DNA of 64,000 nucleotides from Octopus sinensis (GCF_006345805.1 NC_042998.1:136648001-136712000), one strand, 5' to 3'. Positions 41,622 through 55,539 are shown, counted from the stretch's first letter. Notes: generated by a model not told the origin, from the sequence alone. Program-made: numbers and translations.

Positions 41622-41770
41622 TATCGAAAAATATTAGGAATGAGAACCCAGGTTCGAAATTTCTTCAAGACACCTGATGAAGGCTGGATGGTATATCAAC
41701 CGAAAGCTGTGTTAACAACAAACAAAATGAGGACAAATATCCATCAAATGTAAATAATGTAAATAATGTA
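41514..41770 (+). mobile_element. tRNA-derived SINE (family D) with internal (AAT)n, hammerhead-like motif and TGTAAATAA tail
   Basis: TGGCGTAGTGG A box, GAGTTCGATTC B box, GACAC-CTGATGA-AGGCTG...CAACC-GAAA-GCT-GTGTT at 41669-41713, tail (ATGTAAATA)x2+. Confidence 0.75.
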
Positions 41771-42159
41771 CAAGTAAACGTAGGGTGCTAAAGAAAAAAT
41801 TACTCACAAAGATTAATACCGAGAATCACAATGAGGCAAGTCTAAGTCCAGCGGTCTCTACAATTAGTCAGTTACAATTTGAACCGAAGTCACAAGTTAA
41901 AACCGTTACAAAGAATTAAGGACATTATTTATCAAAGCACAGTCACAACACAGTCTAGCAAATTGAGTTATATTGGAGCAACTTAAAATGAAATAAAACG
42001 AAGACTAGCCACGCACCAACATTCTTATAGAAAGAGAAACTTAATCAATTCGACTGGTTTAAGTAGAAAAATTTGGGGGCTCAAAGATAGTAACACTAGC
42101 TTCACATTAAATTGGGAGATCCACGTTACTGCACCTTCGTATAAGGAAAAAATAGAAAA

Positions 42160-42764
42160 TGTTACCTTTGCATAAATGAAATTTTTTTATATTCTAACAG
42201 TACGTATTCCGTTAGTGAACCTGAGAGTTGAGCGAAGTGTAGCTTGCCTGCACAGAGGCAGGTCTACTTTCGATAAATATAAATAACACTAGAAATACTT
42301 ATACTTCCACATAATAGTACTTATAACTCTACAGCATACAATTAGTAGCCCCAGATAGTTTAATGCAGGTTATACATCTTACCCCTTTTATAGTTCGTCC
42401 TGTTTAGGAATAGTCGAGGCTCCTGTAGGTAGTTAAATAACTAAACTCACCTCTTTCCCTTTTCCTAAGTCTTAAATGTTACTACCTACCCACCCATATC
42501 TATTACCTATTTCTTACAATTTAATAACACTAGAAATACTTACACTACCGCATAATAGTACCTATAACACCACAACATACAAATAGTGCTCCCTAATAGT
42601 TTAATGCAGGTTATACATCTTACTCCTTTTATAGTTCGTCTTGTTGGGTATAACTGAGGCTCTTGTAGTTAGTCAAATAACCAACCCCCTCCTCTTACAC
42701 TTTTCCTAAGTTTTTAATGTATCCCCCAACTATATCTATTACCTATTTCTTACACCAACTAACA
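42160..42764 (-). mobile_element. LTR-like sequence with internal ~240-bp tandem duplication
   Basis: Minus strand: purine tract AAAATGGGGAAA (42765-42776) then TGTTAG...GGTAACA; units at about 42282-42517 and 42522-42752. Confidence 0.5.
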
Positions 42765-42789
42765 TTTCCCCCATTTTATCATTACTTAA

Positions 42790-43257
42790 CCCCTTGCATT
42801 ATGCCTTCATCTTCACTCTTTTCTATGTTTAAAACTTTCCATCTAGTGATCTCTTTTCACTAAACTTTCCATCTAGTGATCTCTTTTCACTAAACTTTCC
42901 ATCTAGTGATCTCTTTTCACTAAACTTTTTGCACAATATGTAGTTACCATATTTCTCATGCTCTGCTGTCGCTAGTTTTCTTAACAGTAGACGCATTTTC
43001 ATTCCGTACGTCCAATCCTGACATTCTATTTCAAAAATTTATTGAAATATTCGACGGTAAGCCTCGAAGGTTACTTCTTCTTCGGGGTCATATTTGAATT
43101 CGCTTATAGAATTTGCTACATAGACAGGTGAAAATGTATTCTCCAGATTGGTTATCAACTTCATTTGCTGTTGGAATCCTTGTTGTTGTTTTCATTGTTC
43201 CTTGAGTTGTTGTTGCCGTTTTTGCAACTCAACTATCCCAGCTAACGAGTATTCCAT
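42790..43257 (-). pseudogene. Gypsy-type gag N-terminal fragment
   Basis: ANSISEFKYDPEEEVTFEAY...IFEIECQDWT..MKMRLLLRKLATAEHEKY.NYIL...FSEKRSL..RWK.LN resembles invertebrate Gypsy gag; contains stops and a 30-bp triplication. Confidence 0.7.
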
Positions 43258-44601
43258 ATTTTAAGATTTTTGTTTCTTTTTTGTCGAGGTATTTAATTTT
43301 CCACGTGAATTAGTTTAAACTCTCCGTGTGAATGGTTTTTTTTCCCTCCGCGTAAATTTGCTCTTCCTCGTTGCCACTGTTGTATCTGTCGTTGATAGAA
43401 TGGTTCTGTCTGACACTGTACGACTGGGGATCGTACTGTGTTATTATTCTCAAAAGGATGGATCGATATAACGTCCACTCAGTATCACAATATAATTTCT
43501 ATATCAACACAGACACGACTATCAACACAGTCTAACGTACTTTCTACCTTCTGACCTACTCGACCTCTCCGTCGACTGGCTAACTGGTCTATTTATAATG
43601 GGTGGCTACTACCACTTTTTAGCGGGAAGGGTGTACAATTTCACTATACAGCATACACAGAACAACAATGACGATCACAACTATATTTGGGTTTCGCTGA
43701 CGAAGGTTTCGCATATCCACACACTTCTATGAATGTCCGACTGCTACAGACGCAAATGTGTTCGGATATAGAATGTATTATGTATGTATTTCAATACATT
43801 GCTTGATATAATTTTCCAGTAACGCTTCGCTTTAGCCGTACTTATATATTATTATACTGCTGATCTAAGCTTGGTTTCCCCAGGTTCAGTGACAGCCCTC
43901 GATAACCGCTTAGTACAAAAGAATTATTTCTAGTACAATTGTGAAATATTGTTCCCCATTTTTCTCTGTCTTACCCTATTTCCCTTTTTCATTCATTCTG
44001 CTGTCTCTCTCTCTCTCCCCCCTCTCTCTCTATCTATATATAGACACACACACACACAGAGTATATATGTGTATGAATGTATATATAGGTATGCACAGAT
44101 AGAGAGACACACACAATTATAAGTATACATACACACATGCGTGCGCGTATCTATAAAGGACATATACACATTTATATGTATACTCACAACAGTGAATTGT
44201 AAAGAAAATGTAGACTGCAATCAACTATAGAAATTCCCCTTTATATATTTTTTATACGCCCGTATTTACTTTTGTGTAGGTTCAGAAATCTATACATATT
44301 CTATATTCTATTTGATATTCTTTGATTATGAACTTTCGTCCAAATCATTCGTGATGATAATTAAATCTTGCAATAAATAAATGACAGAATATTCTATCTG
44401 TATATTACAAGGCAGCATTTACGTTTTTTATTATGTGTATGCATATGCACCAAAACAATTAGAGTCATAAAAACGCATATATACACATACATTTTTGTAT
44501 GGATATTTCCATATTTATGTATGCATGCATGCAGGTATTATGTAAGTATGTAAGTATGTATGTATGTGTATATGAATAGATGGATGGATGCATGCATGAA
44601 T

Positions 44602-44668
<67 letters not shown>

Positions 44669-44935
44669 TGTATGTATGTATGTATGTATATATATATATA
44701 TATATATATACATGTACGTAGATAGATACGTATGTATTTATAGATATACAAAATATATATGCGCACATTCATACATACTTACATACTCACAGACGCACAG
44801 ACAGACACTGAAAGACACACACATATACAAATATATAGACACATTTATACACACAGGCATGTGCATATACATGTGTATGCATGTATATGTACATATATAT
44901 ATACTTAGGCATAGTTATATATAATATATTCATGG

Positions 44936-44992
<57 letters not shown>

Positions 44993-45174
44993 ATATATAT
45001 ATAATATATGTATATCTATATATCTATAATATGAATATAAATGTAGCATGCATGTGAGTGCATATACACACAGACACATTCACACACATAAATACATATA
45101 CAAGCATATATGCATGCATGCATACATACATACATACATACATACATACATACATACATACATACATACATACA

Positions 45175-45208
<34 letters not shown>

Positions 45209-45540
45209 CATACATACATAACCCTGAACATATATATATATATATGATAGAAGTTAAACAACATAAGGGATCGAACCACAGAAAACACACACCCTCCCCA
45301 TACCAACTGATGTATTAAGCACGATTTCACTCACTTGCAATTTATGGTATAAAAACACTTCGGATTCAAATATTATGACTTAGAATATTTTATAGCAATT
45401 TTCCTATTCCTGCAATCATAGAATAATATTTGTTGGAGATGAAACATATTTTTATGAAATATTTGTGAGTATGTTTGTGCATGTATGTGTGTTTATGAGT
45501 GTATGGGTGTGTTTATGTGTTGTATATATAAATATATATG

Positions 45541-45574
<34 letters not shown>

Positions 45575-46682
45575 TAATACATATATGTATATACATGCAT
45601 ATATAACCCCTGAAAGGTATTTTACATCTCAGTTGTAGCCGCTATACCCTGAGACCTGGTATTGAATATAAATATCTTATTAGCATGTGTTGATATTGTG
45701 ATTTAATAAATATGATCAAAGGTTATCGTATTGCATTTGCAAATAACTATATATTTTACGATTACCGGTACAAACTCGACAAAGAAAACTCTAATATCCC
45801 GAGCACATTCACCCCCCCCACATACACACACATGCACACATAAGATCTTTTTACAGTTGCTTTGTAATGTTTCGTTTCCGAGATTTTGGTATAAAAGTTC
45901 AAAATATTTGTTTCTAAAGAAATGTTTGCAGCGTTCGCCAGTTCTTCCTATTCTCTACTTTCAATAATATACAAAGAATCACATCGCTATATATACAAAG
46001 AACTTATCTTTAGTACCACTTCTAAGAACTTGTATAAACGTGACTTCTTCATTTGTAATTCCTGACCTTCTAAATTGAAATTCTTTCCACTGAGTCAATC
46101 GGTTTTTTGACATACTTTCTTTCGTGACATTAAAAAAGCAATATCCATTTTCTCTATAGCTATGCCAAAGCTATATTGCTAGAATGTTTGATTGTATTCT
46201 TCAGGAATATATTGTTGCAGCTATATACACAATGCAGTGATATTATCTACATGATGTGAATACAATTTAACTGCTTGTACATTATCAAGTAAGGACAATG
46301 CAACTGTTTTTTAATTTTAAAGAACCTGCTGGCATATCTCTTGATGCGTTTATATACGTATTAAGAATAGGTAAGTTTTTGTCTTGAGCAAAAGATTTAT
46401 TACAAATATATACCGTTTAGATTTATAGAGGAAGGTAAATTTTATCTCATGTAAAAGTATTAAGTACTTAAATCAAATGTCGTACATTGCCTGTGAATCT
46501 TGAAAACCGAACTCAATAAAGTGACTACTGGTTTTTCTTCTTTTATACAAACGACTACATAAAATCAGAAGTATCTGTAGCAATACAAATGGGTGTGCGG
46601 CATTCTGGCATAGTCGTTTTGGCGCTGAATATTTGGCGTCACTGATTCGACGATGACTTATTTGATATCAGGCATTTCATAT

Positions 46683-46718
<36 letters not shown>

Positions 46719-48421
46719 AATCTTTTTGTTTGTATACCTATATTTCTACGCGTATGTGTTTGTCTCCAGCGCCCAAAAGAACTGAGACCAAAGCAGGTTA
46801 AATATCTAATTAGCCGTTCCAAATCGTCAGCTTTCAACTAGCTGCATCCAAGCACTTCATTCCGATAGAAACTGATATAATTATCCATGGAAATATGTGA
46901 AAAGATTTGAAATATAAATCATAAACAGTTATTTTGCAATATATGTATTGCTTTCGTCTTTCGTGTAACATTCCCGAGTAAGCATTCCATGGCTTGTCTA
47001 CATAATGCAAGAATTAAAGCAACAACATTCAAATGACATTTCAATCATACCGATATACCAATAAAGATCTCAAAGAAAAAGTTGTTACAGAAAATTATTT
47101 AAGGATTTCTTTTGCATAAATATAAAGGCAATATTTTTCATTAGCGAAGAAGTTTTAGGTTTTCAAATCGACTGCAAAAGAATTTGTACTTATTTTATTG
47201 ATTTCTCCAAGAGCTACACTCATAGCAGTGACGTACAGAAGTACATACTGTGAGGTGAATAGAAGTTGGCTTCCACTTCCCTATCAAATATAAAATTGTA
47301 CTAAAATATCTATATAAATTGTGTTACATACATATATGTAGAAAGCGACTTTGATTAACATATATGAAATAAAGTGTAATTAAAGTTCCACTAAACTAAT
47401 TCTTTATATGTACTATCAGAGAAAGTATGATAGTTATAAAGATTCATCTTTATGTCGAAGTAAAGCATATTAAAATTAAATTAAACAATTGAGTTATTTT
47501 TGAACGGATAGTATTGGAAAATAATATTCTGATATGAATGTTTAAACAAATAAATTTATTCAAAAAAATATAATTTGTCTTTGTATTGAATATCTAAAAC
47601 TACATTCACATCTGCAGAACATTTAAACTCACTTTGAATGGTGTATGTGAGTGCAAAGGTTTTGATAATATTTTAAAACTGTACTATAAATTTTGAAGAG
47701 TGGGTATTCAGTGTCAGAGAATTTGCTTGTAATTCAAATTAATAATTTGATAGCTGTATAAAAGCATGAAATTTAACTTCTACATCTGAAGTAGTTTGTT
47801 TATTGTAAAGAATGTAGCAAGAACTACTTGTTTGGCAATTTTACTTAAATTACTTTAAATGGATTTATTAAAAAAAATGTAACAATAAAATATTTTATTA
47901 GTTTGTACATTGATGAAACAGTATTAGTGTACGAACGTTTTAGAGGAGTTACTGTTCAAATTGAGAGAAAAATTTCCTTCTGTACTGCCTAGCTAGTAAG
48001 TTATCACGTGAATAACTTGCTGCAAAATATACAGTACCAAATGCGTTAAGCAATGTTGTTTCATATGAATTTTAAAATTAGATTATAAATACAACTACTT
48101 TGCTGAGTGAGGAATAAATTTAAATGAAACATTTCGTTTCGTCTGCACAATCATATATACTGTATATCACAGACATATACGGACATGGCTCTCTGAACTG
48201 CAGAGAAAAACTAAGAATGTTTGAGATGTTAAAGATAAATCAAGCAAAAGTACTTACGTTTCCTTTTGAAGGGCAAATATTTCATAAGTGGAGAACCTAT
48301 TTAGTGTATCAAATGAACTATAGACCCCGTTCAATAATATATTGGTCATTTATGATAAAAATATGTTTTTAAAAATGTAGTTATTAATTTGGTACCGAAG
48401 TCTCAATAGCGAAGTCTCAAT

Positions 48422-48465
<44 letters not shown>

Positions 48466-48497
48466 CACGAGTATATATATATATATTTATATATATT

Positions 48498-48612
48498 GGC
48501 CTGCTCGCTTAGCCAGCGGGGTGGCGTCGTTCGAAGGCTAAAACAATGCAAACGCATTGTGACCAGCGATGTGTAGCAACATCTGATGATCTGGTCGGTC
48601 ACGGTGATCACG

Positions 48613-48616
<4 letters not shown>
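48498..48616 (+). repeat. ~120-bp GC-richer interspersed element between (TA)n tracts
   Basis: GGCCTGCTCGCTTAGCCAGCGGGGTGGCG...CACGGTGATCACGGTGAT ends in a short tandem tail. Single copy here; class inferred. Confidence 0.4.
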
Positions 48617-48649
<33 letters not shown>

Positions 48650-49081
48650 TTAAGTCATCGAGCCTCAAAACACATCTAAAATATTTCAAAAGGATAATTT
48701 GGATTTGGAAACATTTCTATGAAAATAACATGAATTGTAAATTTGAAATTACCAGTGCATCAGTCCAATATTAAACTCACACAGGAATACAAACTTACCG
48801 AACAGACAAGAGGCAAACCTCAAGCAGAATTAATTTTCACATGCAATAAATGCTATTTTCATTACATGCGGGAGCTCTTCAGATTTTATTACAATTCTAT
48901 TTGATATAACTGTACGTTATGGATTTTCAGGTGTCACTTCAATACAGACTGATAGAAATCACTAATTCAACGTTAGAAGCATCTAAATCTCGACCACATC
49001 GAACTTAGATTTATTATCAACTAAGTAATTCAGAAAAATATTACAGGAAGCTGCAATATAGCTCCCTAATATTATTTAGCC

Positions 49082-49837
49082 CACCAAGGCGGTGAGCTGG
49101 CAGAATCGTTAGCACGCCCGGCGAAATGCGTAGCCGTATTTCGTCTGCCGTTACGTTTTGAGTTCAGATTCCGCCGAAGTCGACTTTGCCTTTCATTGTC
49201 GATAAATTAAGTACCAGTTACGCACTGGGGTCGATGTAATTGATTTAATCAGTCTGTCTGTCCTTGTTTGTCTCCTCTGTGTGTAGCCCCTTGTGGGTAG
49301 TAAAGAAAAAGGTATTTCGCCTGCTGCTACGTCTTGAGTTCAAATTCCGCTGAGGTTGACTTTGCCTTTCATCCTTTCGGAGTCGATTAAATAAGTACCA
49401 GTTACGCACTGGGGTCGATATAATCGACTTAATCTGTTTGTCCCTTCTGTGTTTAGCCCCTTGTGGGTAGTAAAGAAATAGGTATTTCGTCTGCCGATAC
49501 GTTCTGAGTTCAAATTCTGCCGAGGTCGACTTTTCTTTTCATCCTTTCGGGGTCGATAAATTAAATAAAGTTGAGTACTGGGGTCGATATAATCGACTGG
49601 CGCCCTCCCCCAAATTTTTCGGGCCTTGTGCCTAGAGTAGAAAAGAATATTATTTAGCCTTGTAACGCGGCAAACTGAGAGATTCGTTGCCGTACCGGAC
49701 AAAATGCTTAGTCGCATTTCGTCCGTCTTTACGTTCTGATTTCAAACTTTGCCTTTCACCCCTTCGGAGCATTGGAGTCGATCTAATCGTTTTGCCACCT
49801 CCCCGAAATTGCTGGCCATGTGCCAGAACTTGAAACC
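49082..49837 (+). mobile_element. Family-A SINE trimer (49082-49645) plus a second SINE (49660-49837), each with target-site duplications
   Basis: Units 2 and 3 restart at GGTATTTCG; AATATTATTTAGCC occurs at 49068, 49646 and 49838. Confidence 0.9.
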
Positions 49838-51283
49838 AATATTATTTAGCCTTGTACATTAAATTATTATTTGCAGAATTGAAATATAAAGATTTATGAA
49901 GTATTAAGGTTTAGATTATTTCTTACAATTTCCTATAAATTTCTTTGTTGCAATCGTGTTATATTTCTTCATTCATATTTCAGTTATATGAACATGAATT
50001 ATATATAAATGCATGTATGTATATATGTGTGAATAGTCTAACGTGAAATGAATATATACATACACATATTCATATGTATAAATAAATATATATACACACT
50101 GTGTATACATAAATATATATACACACTGTGTATACATAAATATATACACACACATATATATATATATATATGCACACGCACATATAATGTCACTATTCCT
50201 ATTTATATGAATATTTATCTTTACTCTTCTATATTTATTAAAAAACTTCGTAGCATCGTGAGAATTGAATTTTTCACCACTTTATTTACATATGTATTAA
50301 TATGATAAATTTTTTTTCCTAGCAATTTTTTCATGTTTTTAAAGGCTGAATATAACATGCTAAAGCATATCAAGTAAAAGTAACTGAAAAACATCTTTTG
50401 TGCAACTTATAAATCCAAAAGATTTTCATATTGCTAAGTTCACTATTTTTTTGTAGAGAGCTGTAGACTATTGCACACATGCACCAGATGTATTTCTTTT
50501 TACTCATGGGTTAAATTGAAATGATTTCTTTCTGCATATACTTAAGTGTGCTGTTTGAGAGTACAATCTTAATAAAGACTTCCTACTTCTTTGAGTCTAA
50601 CAATGTAGTTCGAATTTTAAATGAAACTATGCAACTTTCGGGTATTAACGTAGGAGATAAAACACTTAAACGCTGTTTGAAACTGTTTGAAAGGAAGAAT
50701 GTAAATGTTAAGCATTGTATTTTTGTAGGTAATTTTAGGCTCTATTTGAATATATCTATATAAATCCTTCGAGAAGATGATACGTATACGACATATATTT
50801 TTAAAAGTAAATATTCCAAAAGCAAATTTTCTTGCAAAGTTAAAATGAGATGTGATTTATCTTCTCAAAATTGGAAGACTTAATGATACCTGCATTTTGG
50901 GAAATTTCTTTCACTGCAGTATAATTCCAGTATATGTTTCTTTTATAACATCATGTGGTGCATAATACCACGAGATATGCGAAGTTATAGGGAATAAAAA
51001 TATTTAAGAAATGATAGCACACAGTACAAATATTTGAATGTGAAAGTAATTGATATAAAATGATAAAGTAAATATACAGATCCTCTCTAGATGTAATAAT
51101 AATGATAATAAAAATAATAATTATAATGATGATGATGATGATGATGATGTATTGGTTATGTCGACGACGACGGCAACAACAACAACAATTTCAAATTTTG
51201 GCTCAAGGCCAGCAAGTTCGGGGCAGGAGATGCGTCGATTAAATCGATACCTGTGCTCACCTGGCACTTATTTTTGATAGACA

Positions 51284-53086
51284 AAATGGTAATGCAAGAT
51301 TGTAAGCGAAGGACAAATTTGGGAATGGCCTGGATAGACCACCGCAAAGCTTATGATATGGTTCCACATTCGTAGATCATCGAGTGCTTAGATTAGTTTG
51401 GATCTGAGAGGAATGTAACAGTGAAGTATGGTGGGGTGGAAAAGTGAGTTGACATCGTACGGACAAAACCTGGACATCCTGGGCATCAAGAGATAGCTTA
51501 TCTCCATTGATTTTTGTTCTTTTTATGATCCCTCTGACCTTGGTGCTGAGGAAAATAAACCTGGGATACCAGTTAAAGGGAAAATCGCAAAGAAGCAATC
51601 ATCTCCTCTCCATGGATGATTTGAAGCTTAATGGCAAGAGTGAGGCACAAATGAGTTCTTTGGTGAACATGGTCCATTATTTTAGTGCTGATATTAAGAT
51701 GGAATTTGAAAAGAAGTAAGGTACAGTTCCCGGAAAGGATAGAATTACCTAATAGAGAAGAGATAAAACAAATTGAAAAGGAAGGCTATAAAAGCCTTGT
51801 CATAGAGTTCAATGAAATCAAGGAGAAGGAAATGAAAGAACAACCGAAAAAAGAATATTTCCGAAGACGAAGATTAGAGTTGCGCTCAAAATTGACTGGA
51901 TTGAATAAAATCCAAATAGTAAATACATGGGCGATAACATCACTTGAGTTTGGAGTTGGAATCATAAACTAGCCAAAGAAAGAACTGATGGGCATGGATA
52001 TGAAGATAAAAAGATTTATTGACAATGCACCGAGTATTCCATTCCAAGATTGACACTGATAGGTCGTATTTCTCCAGATGAAAGGGTGGGAGAGGATTGA
52101 TCAATTGCCAGGATTGTGTAGAAGCCCCAAAAAATAACAGCTGAATGTGACGGGTAAAAAATGCCGAGAAACCCTTGCTGAAACGTGCAGAAATCCAGTA
52201 TCATCAAAATTGATAATTGTGTAAAGAAAGAAAAATATAAAGAGGAAAATAACTATAAAAAAAAAAGAAATAGCATAGAAGGAAAAAATGTACGGTCAGT
52301 TTGCAAGAGATACGAACGCGATGACAAAAACAGAAGACCGGTGCCGAAGAGTGACCTGAAGATAAAGACAGAAGCACTTATATGCGCGTCACAAGAATAA
52401 GCTTTAAGGAGGAACTATGTGAAGTGCAGAATTGACAACACATCTGAAAGCCACAAACGCAGAATGTGCGGTGAGAGGTATGAAACGGTAAGACACATTT
52501 TTAGAAATTGGAACAACGCGATTACAAAAGACGACATGGCAATGTGCCAATAATGATCCATTGGGATTTCTGTGGAAATTACGGTCTACAAAGAGCAAAG
52601 ACGCTGTATGAGCAAATCCAAGGAGTAACCGAGAATGAAGACTGCACAATCCTGTTGGATGCAATGATCAGTGTGACCATCAGATCAGATATCGAAAATC
52701 TGGCATTCTTGTGGTGAACAAAATAGAAAAAAAAACATGCATGATAATCGACACAGCATGTCACGGTGACAACAGGATCAAAGAGAAAGAAGAAAAACTA
52801 AACAATTAGATGATTTGAAGTGTGAAATACACAGCTTGTAGTCAACAAAGAGAGTGGATGTGATATCAATAGTAATTGGCGCACTTGGAGGTATCAACAC
52901 GGCTCAAAAAGATTGGTACAAATGTAAAGATTGAACACTTACAAAAACTATCATTGCATGGAACTGCAAGAAACCCTCGTAGGGTTCTTGAAGCATGATT
53001 AGTATACAAGTGTCACAGTCTGCTGGCTGTGTACAGCTGACACTTACCATCATACCCAACAAAATAAGCTGAAAGTTTTCATCAAA
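51284..53086 (+). mobile_element. R4/Dong-like RLE LINE, decayed RT-to-endonuclease fragment with (AAT)n tail
   Basis: MAWIDHRKAYDMVPHS, NHLLSMDDLKL, KGGRGLI, TEALICASQE, IHWDFC, IIDTAC.GD, IVIGALG, LRRVLEA-like end with TGA at 52996-52998. Confidence 0.85.
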
Positions 53087-53099
53087 TAATAATAATAAT

Positions 53100-53315
53100 G
53101 ATCCTTTCTACTGTAGGCACAAGGGCTGGAATTTGTGAGTAGGCAGATAGTCGATTACATCGACCCCAGTGTTTCGTTGGCGCTTATTTTATCGACCCGA
53201 AAGGGTGAAAGGCAAAGTCGATCTCGGCGGAATTTGAATCAGATCGTAAAGACAGACGAAATGCCGCTAAGCATTTTGCTCGACGTGCTAACGATTCTGC
53301 CAGTTGACCGCCTTA

Positions 53316-53316
<1 letters not shown>
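53100..53316 (-). mobile_element. Family-A SINE within (AAT)n
   Basis: Full head-to-tail copy with AAT tracts on both sides. Confidence 0.88.
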
Positions 53317-53390
<74 letters not shown>

Positions 53391-55138
53391 TATGATGATG
53401 ATAATAGCAAAAAACGATTTATAAATACTTTATAAAGCGCAAAATGAGTTAGAATAAAGAATATATGTTTCAGCTTTCTACCAAAAATAAAAATTGTCAA
53501 AATATAATAATGGCAATAAATGAGCAGATGTGAAAGTTTATCATATACCTTACTACAAATTTCATACTTGACGACCTAATACCAAGAGTCAATCAAGTAA
53601 ACCCAGAAATCATGGATTACACTGATCATGAAGGTAATTGACACCTAAAGTCCCCCCCCCCGAGAACGCCCTCACTCTTTCCATTATAAGTTCTCTGTAG
53701 AATGTGGAAGTTCAACTGGTTATATCATACGAATAGTAGAGTACGGTGAGCACAGCGAAAGTTTTCTAAATCCTAGGCACCCCGTTTAGATCTTCACTTG
53801 ACTTAGGACTGCAACTCCGTCAAACAGACGTGGAAAAACGTGCCTAAATAATGGTGACTATTCATGTTCCACGTTCATGTGTCTCTGTAAAGGCTGCTGC
53901 TTGAGGGTATGTCAATGCATCATTAGCATGACATATCGAGCCCCAACTCCGTGTCAAGAGTATTGGCAGTAAAATTGTCCTTCAGACCACTGGAATGTAT
54001 CTTTTCTACAAGAAACGAAAATGATAATCATATTAATACTTAGAGTCCAACAGCTGACAATTGTCTTCTGTAAGTAGAAAGCCACTAGAAAATACCTACA
54101 GTAAAACTACAAATATATTTTGTAAAAGAGAAAAGCCAGTTCAGTTAGCTATAAAGCACATTGAACAAAAACTGTTTTTCTGAATTCAAGGAGGTCAACA
54201 GATATAAAGCAGAGACTAAGAATATTAGAAAAAATTACAAATTTGAAAAATTAACAAAAACAAAAGAGACTAGAAAATTCCTTAGTAACTGTGTGAAAAT
54301 AAAAATTCTCAAATTCCCAATATGGCCATTACTATGTAAGTAAGACTGGAAAAGTGAAAGGTAAAAGAAAGATAAAAAAAGCTCAGGTTGAGAAAAGTAT
54401 AGCTAAAAGGTATGACTGAAAAGTTATTGATTGTGTATAAGATCAAAAGTATATCAACCAGAAGCTACTAAGAACATATAATAAAAAAGAATACGATTCT
54501 AGAATAGAGTTTGTGAAGAACCAACCAATGACATTGTCTTATCCAAAGTAGAATATCTAAAGAAATATAACAGGAACTAAGTCAACATTATGGTATACAC
54601 CACTCAAAAATATATGTTATAAATAAAGAATATATAAAATATGCGATACTTCTATATACCGCAAAACGTTTCAGATAATGACAAAAACAGCCTTACTCAA
54701 AGACATGCAATTTCATACAGCCAAAGGAGATTAAGAATAATCATTCTGATATTTTTGTCAAAGAGCACAGAGCAAAACACTTTCCTCAGCTGAATTCTGT
54801 CGGTCAAGATATATCTTTTGAAAAAATAAATTGCGAAACTATCTAACTAGAAGACCTAGAAGTAGAGATATCTAGGAAGGTGGGAATGACAACAGAAGTT
54901 CCATAATAATACATGACTTGGGAACGTTAAAAAAATGATGCACACAAAACAAAACAAAAAACAAATAAAAAAACAATATTTGCATAGCTGCATAACATAC
55001 ACAAAGCAAACTACTAGATACTGCCCACCTATTACAGAGACTGCATTTAGGATAAGCACAAACACAGATACAAAGAGAAAACAAAACACACAATAAGTCA
55101 TATGGAGTTCTGTTTAATTGTGAACTGTGGGCTACAAG

Positions 55139-55201
<63 letters not shown>

Positions 55202-55219
55202 TAATAATAATAATAATAT

Positions 55220-55433
55220 TAGTCCTTTCTACTAATGGCAAAGGCCTGAAATTTTGGGAGAGGTGACTAGCCAATTACATCGACCTCAATGTTTCACTGG
55301 TACTTTATTTATCAACCCTGAAAGGATGAAAGGCAAAGTTGTCCTCGGTGGAATTTGAACTCAGAACGTAAAGACGGACGAAACTCGCGAAGCATTTAGT
55401 CCGGCGTTCTAACGATTCTGCCAGCTCGCCGCC
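55220..55433 (-). mobile_element. Family-A SINE within (AAT)n
   Basis: Same family and flanks as 53100. Confidence 0.88.
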
Positions 55434-55539
55434 TTAATAATAAAAAAAAAATAATAGTAGTAGTAGTAGTAGTAGTAGTATGAAGAGGAGCAGAAGGGGT
55501 AGTGGCGGCGGCAGCGGAATAGTAAATTAGGAAGAATCT

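Noticed and set aside
42282-42920. CRISPR-like or satellite array
   Set aside because: The repeats are adjacent tandem duplications without unique spacers, in eukaryotic LTR context.
54100-54900. Penelope N-terminal relic (KFEKLTKTKETRKFLSNC..., YIPQNVS...)
   Set aside because: Similarity is too weak and AT-biased to list as a feature; needs a profile search.
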